Origin: an uncultured candidate division Zixibacteria bacterium | Lineage (GTDB): Bacteria > Zixibacteria > MSB-5A5 > RBG-16-43-9 | Direction: 5' to 3' | Length of the DNA stretch: 64,000 nucleotides | Assembly (NCBI GenBank): GCA_963713865.1 | Contig: OY970208.1 | Location: 1,312,001-1,376,000 of the forward strand | The notes under the pieces: generated by a model | What the model was told of the DNA's origin: nothing | Database searches by the model: none | The model's input: only the letters and a program-made list of their open reading frames with translations | Made by a program: the position numbers and the translations under genes | Shown: piece by piece, positions 22,732 to 32,750 of the stretch | Numbering within the stretch: position 1 is the first letter of the stretch | Layout of the letters: each line of letters starts with the position of its first letter

Positions 22732-24066
22732 ATGCTGAGAAAAATATCTCTATATATAATAGTTTTAATTTTACTCTTTACAATCAAAGGTTTCAGTCAA
22801 GAGATAATACCCCCTGATTCTACCTATTGGGAAGTTGAAGAGGTTTCTGCGGGAAACTTCTTTGGAGCGGGTGCCCGGGCTATGGGTATGGGAGGTGCCC
22901 AGATTGCAACCGCAGATGATGCCTCAGCTTTAGTTTATAATCCTGCTTTACTAGCAAAAATCAAAAGAATTGAATTCTCAGGAGCAATGACACATCAAAG
23001 GTTAAAAAATGAGACTGGGTTCACAGGTAATTTTCAGCCCATAAGCTCATTTCCCCAGAAAGAGAGCATAACTCAATCGAACACTCGTTTCAGTTCTGCA
23101 AATATAGTTTTACCAGTTCCAACTTATAGAGGTAGTCTGGTTTTTGCTCTGGGATTTAATCGGATGAAAAGCTTCGACCGGGCTTACCATTCGGTATTAT
23201 CTGATCCTTCGAGTGGGACAATTGATTTAGATGCTTCAGTTCTTGAGACCGGTGGGATAAACATGTGGTCATTTGGTGGTGCCTTGGACCTTTCTCCGAA
23301 TGTCTCTATTGGTGGTGCTATAAATTATTGGCAGGGAGAGGATGACTACCTTCAAGATTATTATTTATTGAACCCAAACGAACTAAATGGGTATGAAGTT
23401 TGGGAAAAAAACCGTTATTTAAATAGCTATTCAGGATGGAATGGAAAATTGGGATTTTCGGTTCAGCCCAACAAGTACTTGAGTTTAGGTGCGGTGGTAG
23501 ATTTTCCTACGATATTTTCCATTAACCAGGATTACTCCTTTAATTACGATAGTCTTAATGCAACGGCTGATACTGAATGGGTGTCTGAGTATGAACAATT
23601 TGGACATTATGACCTGACCCATCCTTATTCTTTTGGAGTAGGAACTGCTTTGAGCTTTAAATATTTTACTCTGGCAGGGGATATTTATTATACGGACTGG
23701 TCTCAGCTTGAGCCGAAAGCAAGAGAAGGGGTAGATCTAAAACTCTACAAGGAAATTTATCAGAGTGTTACACGCTGGCATATCGGAGCTGAGGTTGTCT
23801 TACCAGAGATTAGCACTAAATTTAGAATAGGTTTTTATAAGGATCCTCTACCCTATAAAGCTATCGACCTTAAAACTGGTTTCAACTATCTTGAAACTGA
23901 CCGCAAGTATTTTACCCTGGGGGCTGGATTTTTAATCGACCAGGTGATGACGTTGGATATTGCCTGGAACCATGGTTTTTATGAATTTAGAGATAACTGG
24001 GTCTGGTTTAGAAAAGAAGCCTATACTACGGATAAGATTTTTGTTGGATTGGCTTATAGATTATAA
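22732..24066 (+). CDS. OmpP1/FadL/TodX-family outer-membrane transporter
   Basis: GAGARAMGMGGA..A..DDASAL.YNPA motif; C-terminal YRL. Confidence 0.85.
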   Translation: MLRKISLYIIVLILLFTIKGFSQEIIPPDSTYWEVEEVSAGNFFGAGARAMGMGGAQIATADDASALVYNPALLAKIKRIEFSGAMTHQRLKNETGFTGNFQPISSFPQKESITQSNTRFSSANIVLPVPTYRGSLVFALGFNRMKSFDRAYHSVLSDPSSGTIDLDASVLETGGINMWSFGGALDLSPNVSIGGAINYWQGEDDYLQDYYLLNPNELNGYEVWEKNRYLNSYSGWNGKLGFSVQPNKYLSLGAVVDFPTIFSINQDYSFNYDSLNATADTEWVSEYEQFGHYDLTHPYSFGVGTALSFKYFTLAGDIYYTDWSQLEPKAREGVDLKLYKEIYQSVTRWHIGAEVVLPEISTKFRIGFYKDPLPYKAIDLKTGFNYLETDRKYFTLGAGFLIDQVMTLDIAWNHGFYEFRDNWVWFRKEAYTTDKIFVGLAYRL

Positions 24067-24264
24067 GAAGTTCAAAGTTTAATAGTTCAATGGTTTAAGG
24101 GTAGGGGTTCAAAATCTTGAACCCCTACGATTATTTTGTAGGGACAATTTTCAGATGGATCCATACTGGACATGAATTGTCTCTACAATTTATTTGTCAT
24201 TGCGAGAAGTTCTGCCAAAGGCGGAACGAGGAAATAATCCGTCTCCTGCATAGTAGAGAATTAC

Positions 24265-25050
24265 ATGATTGATGCTCATGTCCATTTAGAAAAGGGTCCA
24301 TATAATTTAGACTGGTTACAAAAATTTATAAACACTGCCATAAAAAGGGGGATTTCAGAATTATATCTGCTTGAACACTCCCACAAATTTATTGAGTTTA
24401 AGCCGATTTACAAATATGTGATTATGGATGAAACTATTGTTGGAAGATATCATAGAAGCTGGTTATCTAAACGTTTGAATAAACCTCTGGGGGGATATAA
24501 GGATTTTATTCGGGCTATGCGTCAAGGCTCTTTTCCCATAAAGATCAAATTCGGCCTGGAGATATGTTATTTCCCTGATTGTGAGGAACAGGTCAAGCAG
24601 ATTATTTCTAATTTTGACTGGGATTTTTTAACTGGTGCTGTTCACTGGATAGACGGCTGGGGATTTGACCATCTACCAATAAAAGAATCATGGATAGGGA
24701 AAGACGTAAATAGTGTGTATAAAAAATACTATGAACTAATGGAAAGACTTATCCAGTCTGATTTATTCGATCATCTTGCCCATCCCGATTCAATAAAATG
24801 TTTTAATTATTATCCAGATTTTGATTTAACAAAAACATATTCGAATCTAGCCAAACTGCTTAAGAAGCATAATATGAAAACGGAGTTCAACCTGGGGCTT
24901 CATATAAATTATGGTCATAAAGAATTTGGACTTAATAAGAAATTACTCTCAATATTGAAACGGGAAAAGGTAGAATTAATAACCGCATCTGATGCCCATA
25001 TCCCTGAAGATGCAGGAAAATATATAAAGAAAGCCACTGGGATCATCTAA
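24265..25050 (+). CDS. PHP-domain phosphatase (HisJ/HisK-like histidinol phosphatase family)
   Basis: DAHVH, EH, GLEI, GAVH, AHPD, SDAH metal motifs. Confidence 0.85.
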   Translation: MIDAHVHLEKGPYNLDWLQKFINTAIKRGISELYLLEHSHKFIEFKPIYKYVIMDETIVGRYHRSWLSKRLNKPLGGYKDFIRAMRQGSFPIKIKFGLEICYFPDCEEQVKQIISNFDWDFLTGAVHWIDGWGFDHLPIKESWIGKDVNSVYKKYYELMERLIQSDLFDHLAHPDSIKCFNYYPDFDLTKTYSNLAKLLKKHNMKTEFNLGLHINYGHKEFGLNKKLLSILKREKVELITASDAHIPEDAGKYIKKATGII

Positions 25051-25272
25051 CAAAAGTTTGTTATGCAGTAGGTCAGAAATTCCTGTGGCTACGAAGGTTT
25101 TGCCTCTGACCTTTAGGAACAGACAAGTCCTATAACGAATCCGTAGTAAATGTCTGTCTCCCGATTAAAAAAAGCCGTGATTTTTTGGTGGCTTTTTTGT
25201 ATTTTACGTAACAAGAATATTATAGTGGCTTATAATTTGAAGACGCAAATAAACCTTATGGAGATTTAAGAT

Positions 25273-26292
25273 ATGGAAAATAAAGATCAGGATAGGATGA
25301 AACCTGCTGTAAATTCGCCAGGAAATATCCCGTCAAGTGAGAACCAGACTGGGGAAGAAGAGCAGCCGATCAACTCTGTTCCGCTTTTCCGGAAAAAAAG
25401 AGTTGTCATTCCGCTCTTTATATTAGTCGTTGCAGCTATTGTCGTTGTCTGGTACTGGTACGTGAATTTACGCGAGTTCGTTTCGACGGATGATGCTTAT
25501 ATTGACGGAAACAGCGTTTCCCTAAGCACTAAAATCCTGGGGAAGATCGGACAGTTAACCGTGGATGAAGGTGACAGCGTGCAGAAGGGGCAAATCCTGG
25601 TTCGCCTGGATGATTCAGATTTAAGAGCTCAGGAGGAGCAGGCAAAAGCAGTGCTAAAATATTCGGGGAAAAGCGTGTTTCTGGCTAAGATTAATTTAGA
25701 AAAAGCGCAAGAGGATTATCAACGTGCTGAAGTCCTATTTAAGAGCGGCAGCACTCCCAAGGAGGAATTCGACCATAACCGGAAAACGTATGAAGCGGCA
25801 CAGGCACAATACAATATGGCTCTCGCTCAGGTAGGCGTGGCTAAATCCCAGCTTGGGGTTATCCAAACTCAATTGTCAAATACGACCATAACTTCACCCA
25901 TAAATGGCTTAATCGCAAAAAAATGGGCGATGCCCGGAGATGTAATTCAATCCAGTCAGCCGATTTTTACAATCTATGACCTCAAAAATATCTGGGTTAC
26001 TGCAAATTTAGAGGAGACTAAGTTCTCATCCATTCATTTAAATGACCCGGTTGAAATATCGGTGGATGCATATCCGGATGAGCATTTTAAAGGAAAGGTT
26101 ATCCAGCTCGGCTCAAATACGGCTTCCCAATTTTCACTTATCCCACCCAATAATGCCTCCGGTAATTTCACCAAAATCACCCAGCGTATTCCCGTAAAAA
26201 TCTCAATTGAGAATTATGTCTTCAACCAAGGATCAAATCCTACTCCCCTTCTGCCTGGAATGTCTGCAGGAATAAAGATAAAGGTTAAATGA
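25273..26292 (+). CDS. emrA: HlyD/EmrA-family efflux membrane fusion protein
   Basis: STDDAYI, FSLIPPNNASGNFTKITQRIPVKI, LLPGMSA. Confidence 0.9.
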   Translation: MENKDQDRMKPAVNSPGNIPSSENQTGEEEQPINSVPLFRKKRVVIPLFILVVAAIVVVWYWYVNLREFVSTDDAYIDGNSVSLSTKILGKIGQLTVDEGDSVQKGQILVRLDDSDLRAQEEQAKAVLKYSGKSVFLAKINLEKAQEDYQRAEVLFKSGSTPKEEFDHNRKTYEAAQAQYNMALAQVGVAKSQLGVIQTQLSNTTITSPINGLIAKKWAMPGDVIQSSQPIFTIYDLKNIWVTANLEETKFSSIHLNDPVEISVDAYPDEHFKGKVIQLGSNTASQFSLIPPNNASGNFTKITQRIPVKISIENYVFNQGSNPTPLLPGMSAGIKIKVK

Positions 26293-26295
26293 CGA

Positions 26296-27888
26296 ATGCG
26301 AAAAGAGCTTCTCCGGCGAGTGAATTCGCTCGATCATCAGCATGAGTTATACCGCTGGTGGGTGCTTGCCAGTGTGATGATCGGCACTTTCATGGCAGTG
26401 CTGGATGCCACGATCGTGAATGTGGCACTGGCTAAGCTTATGGCTGCATTCGGGGTCAGCGTTGATAAGGTAGAATGGGTAGTAACCGCTTATCTTTTAG
26501 TTTTCGGCGTGATGTTACCCACTTCGGGTTGGGTGGCGGATCATCTTGGATATAAGCGTACGTATCTTTCCGCATTGTTCCTTTTTACGCTGGGCTCGTT
26601 TCTCTGCGGGCTTGCCTGGAATGAGAATGCCCTGATCTTTTTTCGGATCATCCAGGGGATAGGTGCAGGTTTTTTGATGCCCGTTGGAATGGCAATCGTT
26701 ACCCGTGAATTCCCTCCGGAGAAGCGCGGTGTGGCTCTTGGCTTCTGGGCAATTGCAGCGGCTGCTTCTATCTCCTTAGGACCTCTGATCGGTGGTTATC
26801 TGATCGATAATTTCAGCTGGCATGCTATCTTTGATGTAAACGTTCCGGTCGGCGGGTTCGGAATGCTTGCCACCTGGATTATTCAGCGGGAATACAAAAC
26901 AGAGAAGGTCCGCTCCTTCGACCTTTTAGGGTTTGTCTCCCTGGGCGTATTTCTGGTCTTTCTCCTGCTGGCGCTGTCTGAGGGGAACGCTTCCTGGAAT
27001 ACGGGCGGATGGACCTCGAGCTTTATTCTATCTTGCTTTGCTTTTTCACTGGTTGGGTTAATGGTATTCCTGACAACGGAATTAACAGTTGAGCATCCGC
27101 TGATCGAGCTGGACCTCTTCAGAAATTTCAACTTTACGATAACCAATATTGTCCTGTTCATCTTCGGACTGGGGATGTTCGGCAGCACTTTTTTGCTCCC
27201 TCTCTACCTTCAAAATGCGCTTGGTTATACTGCGCTTCAGGCCGGAGCGGTGTTTCTACCTGTAGGGATATTGCAGGGGCTCGTGTCTCCAATTTCAGGT
27301 CTTCTTTCGGATAGGATAAATCCAAAAATTCCAGCCATAGTAGGCATTATTTTGTTGACAATCAGCCTGTATTTGAACAGTTTCCTCTCCCTTTTTTCCG
27401 AGCACGCCCAGATAGTGTTTCCGCTATATCTCCGTGGTTTTGCCATGGGACTTCTCTTTACACCTCTCAGCACCATAGCGCTCTCCGATATTCCCAAACA
27501 TAAAATAGCACAGGCCTCCGGTTTATTCAATGTCATCCGGCAGATCGGGGGTAGTTTCGGCGTAGCGATCTTGGGCAGTTTGCTTATCCGCAGGCAACTT
27601 TTCCATTCGTCAATGTATAGCCAGGAGGTGAATAAATACTCACCCGTATTCAAGCACATCTCTTATAACCTTCAGCATTTTATCCAGTACTCAGCTGGTG
27701 GCACGGTGGTCGACGCTTCAAGCCGCGCCAATGCTTTGATCAGTTCACATCTGGCGCAGCAAGCCTATGTGCAGTCTATAAATGATGATTTCTTTTTCGC
27801 GGCAATAGTTGTCTCCCTGGGCATCGTGCCGATTATGCTTATCCGTTTAAGAAAACCAAAAGAAAAAGGACCTGTACCGGACAGGTGA
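26296..27888 (+). CDS. emrB: DHA2 (EmrB/QacA) MFS efflux permease
   Basis: GTFMAVLDATIVNVAL, WVVTAYLL, GPLIGGYL, RQIGGSFG. Confidence 0.92.
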   Translation: MRKELLRRVNSLDHQHELYRWWVLASVMIGTFMAVLDATIVNVALAKLMAAFGVSVDKVEWVVTAYLLVFGVMLPTSGWVADHLGYKRTYLSALFLFTLGSFLCGLAWNENALIFFRIIQGIGAGFLMPVGMAIVTREFPPEKRGVALGFWAIAAAASISLGPLIGGYLIDNFSWHAIFDVNVPVGGFGMLATWIIQREYKTEKVRSFDLLGFVSLGVFLVFLLLALSEGNASWNTGGWTSSFILSCFAFSLVGLMVFLTTELTVEHPLIELDLFRNFNFTITNIVLFIFGLGMFGSTFLLPLYLQNALGYTALQAGAVFLPVGILQGLVSPISGLLSDRINPKIPAIVGIILLTISLYLNSFLSLFSEHAQIVFPLYLRGFAMGLLFTPLSTIALSDIPKHKIAQASGLFNVIRQIGGSFGVAILGSLLIRRQLFHSSMYSQEVNKYSPVFKHISYNLQHFIQYSAGGTVVDASSRANALISSHLAQQAYVQSINDDFFFAAIVVSLGIVPIMLIRLRKPKEKGPVPDR

Positions 27889-28183
27889 TGTTACATCCTT
27901 TAAGTTTATTTCGGAAAGGCACAGATAAAATCATCTGACCAATAATGTACATTTTTAAGAGAAAAACCGTTCTTTTTCAGATTGCTTTTTGTATATTACG
28001 TAATGATGACTAATGGCTGGTAGGGGCATCCGTCTATGGCGCGGGATGCCCTTTGTTGTATTTGTCATTGCGAGGAGTCCATCTTTAATCGAACGACGAA
28101 GTAATCTATAGAATTGTGAGGACAGATCACTGTTCTGTCCCTACGCTAAAACGACTTGCAATGACAGTTATAAAGATTAACAT

Positions 28184-29417
28184 ATGGTAGAACTGATTAA
28201 GATATTCATCGTCTTTGTATTTTTAGTCATCTTAATCAAGAAGAAAGTTCAGATTGGCTATACTCTTCTTCTGGGCTCAATCTTCTTGGGGGTTTTATTT
28301 TCCTTGCCGGTCTTTGGACTCATAAAGAATATCTTTAAAGCCACAATCGAATGGGATACTCTTCATCTTTTATTCATAGTTATCTTGGTCACCATATTCG
28401 GTGGGGTACTAAAATTCACCCAAAGCTTGAGGGACATAACTGATTCCTTAGAGAATCTGGTTAAAGACACCAGGACTATTTTGGCTCTGCTACCTGCCCT
28501 GATCGGGATACTTCCCATGCCGGGAGGAGCGATGATGTCTGCCCCGATGATAGAAGAGGTGGGTTCACGGAAGAATATTTCACCGGAGATTAAAGCAGCC
28601 TTTAACTACTGGTTCAGACATATCATGGAATTTGTATTTCCTTTATATCAGGGAGTGATCATCGCCTCAGTAATTTTAAAAGTCCCGGTGAGTAAGATAA
28701 TTCTGGCTCAGGTACCGATGAGTTTGACCATGCTTTTTGCAGGAGTATTTTTCCTGTGGGGAAAGGTTAAAGTGGGTAAAGAAGAAAACAAGAACCAGAA
28801 AAAAACGATGGAGAACTTACTTTTATTTCTGAAAAGTATCTGGGGAATACTCTTAGCAGTTGTTTTGAATCTTTTCTCCGGAATAGACCTTTTGTGGGCG
28901 CTGCTTTTCAGTGTTGTTTTGTTCGCTGCCCTGAACGGGGTAAAACCTTCTTCTTCCCTGAAAATAGTCCGTGAAAATGTTACCTGGGAAATAATTATGT
29001 TGATCCTGGGTATTATGATCTTTAAAAAAGTAATTGAAGTTTCTGGAGCAGTGACAGTTATACCTCATACTCTTTCTACCTGGGGGATCTCACCTGTTCT
29101 GGTTATCTGTCTGGTTCCATTTGCAGTTGGGGCTCTGACTGGAGTTACCACTGCTTTTATCGGGATTTCATATCCGATACTATTAAGCTTTTTGAAGCCG
29201 GATGGGATAAACTACGGGTATGCTATGTTAGCTTATGCTGCTGGTTTCATTGGGGTAATGGCTTCTCCAGTTCATTTATGTTCTGGTTTTAACCAAAGAT
29301 TATTTCAAAGCCACGTTTTCCGGAATTTATAGATTGATTATTCCTCCATCAATCGTCCTGATGTTAGTTGCACTCGCTTTAGTTCTCCTGGGGTATCCCT
29401 GGGGCAGGATTGGTTAA
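28184..29417 (+). pseudogene. DUF401-family membrane protein with +1 frameshift near 29281 (or sequencing error)
   Basis: LPMPGGA..SAP, NYWFRH; SPVHLC continues as LVLTKDYF...GRIG* (TAA 29415-29417) if one T is removed. Confidence 0.8.
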
Positions 29418-29777
29418 ATAATCAGCACTGGAGTGTAAAGCTTTAGCTTTACCCTTGGTTTGTTTTTTCCGTCGGGTCAGGGGACCCGACGGTCACATAT
29501 AAATCATAATTCTTTTTCGTAGTACGACCCCTTCAGGGTCGCCTGACTCTTAGAGTTTATATAGTCAGAGCTTATTTCGGATGTTTTATCTTTCATTGGA
29601 TATAAAGTGCATTATCAAACAAGTAAACCCACGTTTTCCTCATCGTGGGTCAATTTAACCGCCTTGCGGGCAGGGCGGGAATACCAATGATTGATCTGCA
29701 AAATTTCTTAAACAAAAAAGGGAACTTTAAGTATATTAAATTGTATAGACTTAATAGAAAAGGGAGAGATTCCTTAG

Positions 29778-30398
29778 ATGGAGCAAAGTCAAAATCGACC
29801 TCAAGGTCAATATCGACTGTCGGACAAGGAATTGATGGAAAGGTTTCTAAAGGGTGAGGTGGAGGGGTTTAATCTCCTGGTTAAAAATTATAAAGTAAAG
29901 CTATTTAACCTGCTTTACCGTCTGTTAGGGAACCGGGAGGAGGCTGAGGATATCTTGCAAGAAACTTTTTTCAGGGTATACCGGGAAAGAGAAAGTTTCG
30001 ATTTCAATTATTCTTTCTCCACCTGGATTTATACCATAGCCCTAAACCTGTTTAAAAATGTGTATAAGAAAAGAAAAAGAGTCAGATTTACAGGAATAGA
30101 TGCTTTGTTAAATCGACCGGACCCGAACTCGGAGAATTTTGGTAATAAAAACCGTTTAAACACTATATTGGAAAGAGAAATGTTCTCTCTTCCCTTGAAA
30201 TACAAAAGCGTTTTTCTTTTAAGGGAAGTAGACCAGCTTAGTTATGAGGAGGTTGCACTGGCATTAAATCTACCTTTGGGGACCGTGAAGTCCAGGGTTA
30301 ACCGAGCCAGGAGGATTTTGCAAAAAAGGTTAAGACCGATGATGGAGGAATGCTATGAGTTGTCGAAAAATTCGCCGCTCTCTATCCCGATATTATAG
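29778..30398 (+). CDS. ECF sigma-70 factor
   Basis: EAEDILQETF, FSTWIYTIA.N, SYEEVA..L.LPLGTVKSRVNRAR. Confidence 0.93.
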   Translation: MEQSQNRPQGQYRLSDKELMERFLKGEVEGFNLLVKNYKVKLFNLLYRLLGNREEAEDILQETFFRVYRERESFDFNYSFSTWIYTIALNLFKNVYKKRKRVRFTGIDALLNRPDPNSENFGNKNRLNTILEREMFSLPLKYKSVFLLREVDQLSYEEVALALNLPLGTVKSRVNRARRILQKRLRPMMEECYELSKNSPLSIPIL

Positions 30399-31063
30399 AG
30401 GCGAGCTTTCCCAGGAGAAAGAAAAATTAGTTATCCAGCATATTCAGGTTTGCGAGGGTTGTGCCAGAGAGGCTCAAAGGTATCAAACTTTAAAGGAAGC
30501 AGTTCAGAACCTGAAACTTTTTGAACCATCAACTGATTTTGAAGCAAATCTTGAACGGAAAATAAGAGAACTGCCTTGTTCTGGAGAAAAAAGATAAGAA
30601 AAAAGCCCTGGTTACTTCTTTTCCATCATTTAGATGGGTTTTTATACCAGCAATAGCTGTGGCTATTGCTTTAGTCTTACTTTTAAAAGGTGGATTTCGT
30701 AACTCGCAGACCACACTTCCATTAAAAGAGACTGAGATTGCCAAGATAGATACTATGGTTAACGAAAATAAAAAAATAAATTTACCGGTGGAGGATTCGT
30801 TTCTTCAAAAAGATGACCAAAAGATGGTTTCGGTAAAACTTCCCGGAGAAAGAAAAGGTAGTTCGAAAGCAGTTTTCGTGCTGGACAATATGAGATTGTC
30901 AGATTTAGAGCGATTGCCTGATAGCAGATTAGCGGAAGATAGATTAAACAATTATGTTATGGATGCGGTTAAGTTAAGACCGGTAGATTATAAATCATCG
31001 AATGATGGATATATCTTGCCTGCGGTTTCAACCAGTGAAACCGAAGCTAAAATCAGCTATTGA
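30355..31063 (+). pseudogene. Zinc-finger (ZAS/zf-HC2) anti-sigma factor split by a +1 frameshift at 30566-30597
   Basis: HIQVCEGC; downstream frame (VLEKKDKKKALV...WVFIPAIAVAIALVLLL TM) joins ORF 30659-31063. Confidence 0.8.
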
Positions 31064-31078
31064 TTAAAGGAGGTTTAT

Positions 31079-32425
31079 ATGAAGATAAAAGTTTGGTTTA
31101 GCTTGAGTTTATTAGCACTTTTATCACTGTTCTTCAGTCGATTTCAAGCTGGTTCTATAGGGATGATGAATTCAGCTTCAGCTCAGGGGGTTTTAGAATC
31201 GTTAGAGGAGAATATCACTAATCTGGTAGAATCGGTCAAACCATCTCTGGTAACGATTGAAGCTGAGGTATTTCCTGGAAATAGAGAAAACCCCACACAG
31301 CTTACCTCTTTTGTGGGTTCGGGAGTAGTCTATTCCTCAGATGGATATATTCTAACCACTTCCAGTGTAGTTCGCGGGATGAAGGATTTTAAAGTTACCC
31401 TTTCCAATGACAAAAGTTATCGGGCAAAGTTGATAGGGACTGATTTCCAGACTAATTTAGCGGTTTTGAAAATCGAGTCTCAGGGATTAAGGATAACTAA
31501 ATTTGGAAATTCGGATAGAATTAGAGAGGGTTCCTGGGTGACAGTGGTTGGAAATTCATACGGGCTTCCAACCGCGGTTTCATTCGGGATAGTTAATGGA
31601 ATAAGAAATGATAAGACTATTCAGATGAGCGCAAATGTCAGTCCGGGTAACAGCGGTGGTCCGGTTTTGAATACCCGGGGAGAGGTAATAGGTCTTGTTT
31701 CTGCCAAGCTCTCTGAGCCTTCAACTATAGATGCTTTTAGATTATATGAAGAGGAAGGAAAAAGAACATTTGATTTTCCTCCTACCCAGATCGAGATCCC
31801 CTCATCCGGGATTTCCCTGGCAATTCCCATAAATCTGGTGAGGCAGAAGGCTGACTGGATAATCAAAAATGGCACAAGTATCGAGAGGGGGTATCTGGGC
31901 GTATATTTAGAGGATTTAGATAAGGAGACTAAAGAGGAGATGGATGTAAATGGGGGGGTTTTGATAGCCGGGGTAGTGGAGGGGAGTCCGGCTGAGAAAT
32001 CCGGTTTGAAAGATGAGGACATAGTGATAGAATTCGATCAGGAGACAGTCAAGGATTCAGACCAGTTCAGGAAAATGATCGAGAATATCCCACCGAACAA
32101 AATGGTCAGATTGAATATCATTCGGGATGGCAAGAAAGAGAGCCTCAGTGTCAAGCTGGGCAGGGTCGGCTCAGCCTACTCCTCCCAAAAGGAAAGGACT
32201 ATTCTACCCCCGATTAAAATACCGGAGTTGAACATTCCGGAGATCAAGATTCAGTATGATGAAGCGAAAGGTGAATACGAAAAAGAGGTTCAGGCTAAAA
32301 ATTTAGAGGAGCTGAAGAGTATTCTTAACAGTTCTCTGGATAGTTTCAAAAAAGAGCTTGAAAGGTTAAGTAAAGAACTGGAGAGATTAAATCAGAAGAT
32401 AGAGAAGGAGAAAGAAAGAAAATAG
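31079..32425 (+). CDS. HtrA/DegP-like trypsin-fold + PDZ protein with degenerate catalytic triad and C-terminal coiled coil
   Basis: GSGVV..DGYILT, GNSGGP, GYLGV, GSPAEKSGL; His position is Ser, Asp position is Asn. Confidence 0.88.
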   Translation: MKIKVWFSLSLLALLSLFFSRFQAGSIGMMNSASAQGVLESLEENITNLVESVKPSLVTIEAEVFPGNRENPTQLTSFVGSGVVYSSDGYILTTSSVVRGMKDFKVTLSNDKSYRAKLIGTDFQTNLAVLKIESQGLRITKFGNSDRIREGSWVTVVGNSYGLPTAVSFGIVNGIRNDKTIQMSANVSPGNSGGPVLNTRGEVIGLVSAKLSEPSTIDAFRLYEEEGKRTFDFPPTQIEIPSSGISLAIPINLVRQKADWIIKNGTSIERGYLGVYLEDLDKETKEEMDVNGGVLIAGVVEGSPAEKSGLKDEDIVIEFDQETVKDSDQFRKMIENIPPNKMVRLNIIRDGKKESLSVKLGRVGSAYSSQKERTILPPIKIPELNIPEIKIQYDEAKGEYEKEVQAKNLEELKSILNSSLDSFKKELERLSKELERLNQKIEKEKERK

Positions 32426-32430
32426 AATTT

Positions 32431-32720
32431 GTAGGGGCAGACCTATGTGTCTGCCTTGGTATTTTATAGGCAGGATACAACCTATACCCAAGTTAGTAGC
32501 GTCCGGGTTAATCCCGGACGTTTTTCTATATTTGTTGTAGTTGTAGGGACAGAATCCGCCTCAGGCGGATTCTGTCCAGGTGGTTTATCAACAAAAAACG
32601 CCCGACACAAAGGTAGAGCGTTACGATTTTATAAAATAGACGTCGGGCATAAAGCCCGACGCTACAATATCAAGGATGTATACAATTCGTAGGGGTTCAA
32701 AATTTTGAACCCCTATAATA
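32431..32720. repeat. Cluster of >=5 GTAG-footed REP-like palindromes
   Basis: GTAGGGGCAGAC..GTCTGCC, GTAGCGTCCGGG..CCCGGACG, GTAGGGACAGAA..TTCTGTCC, CGTCGGGC..GCCCGACGCTAC, GTAGGGGTTCAA..TTGAACCCCTA. Confidence 0.8.
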
Positions 32721-32750
32721 CAATAAAAAATACAAATAGTAGATTTCTTA

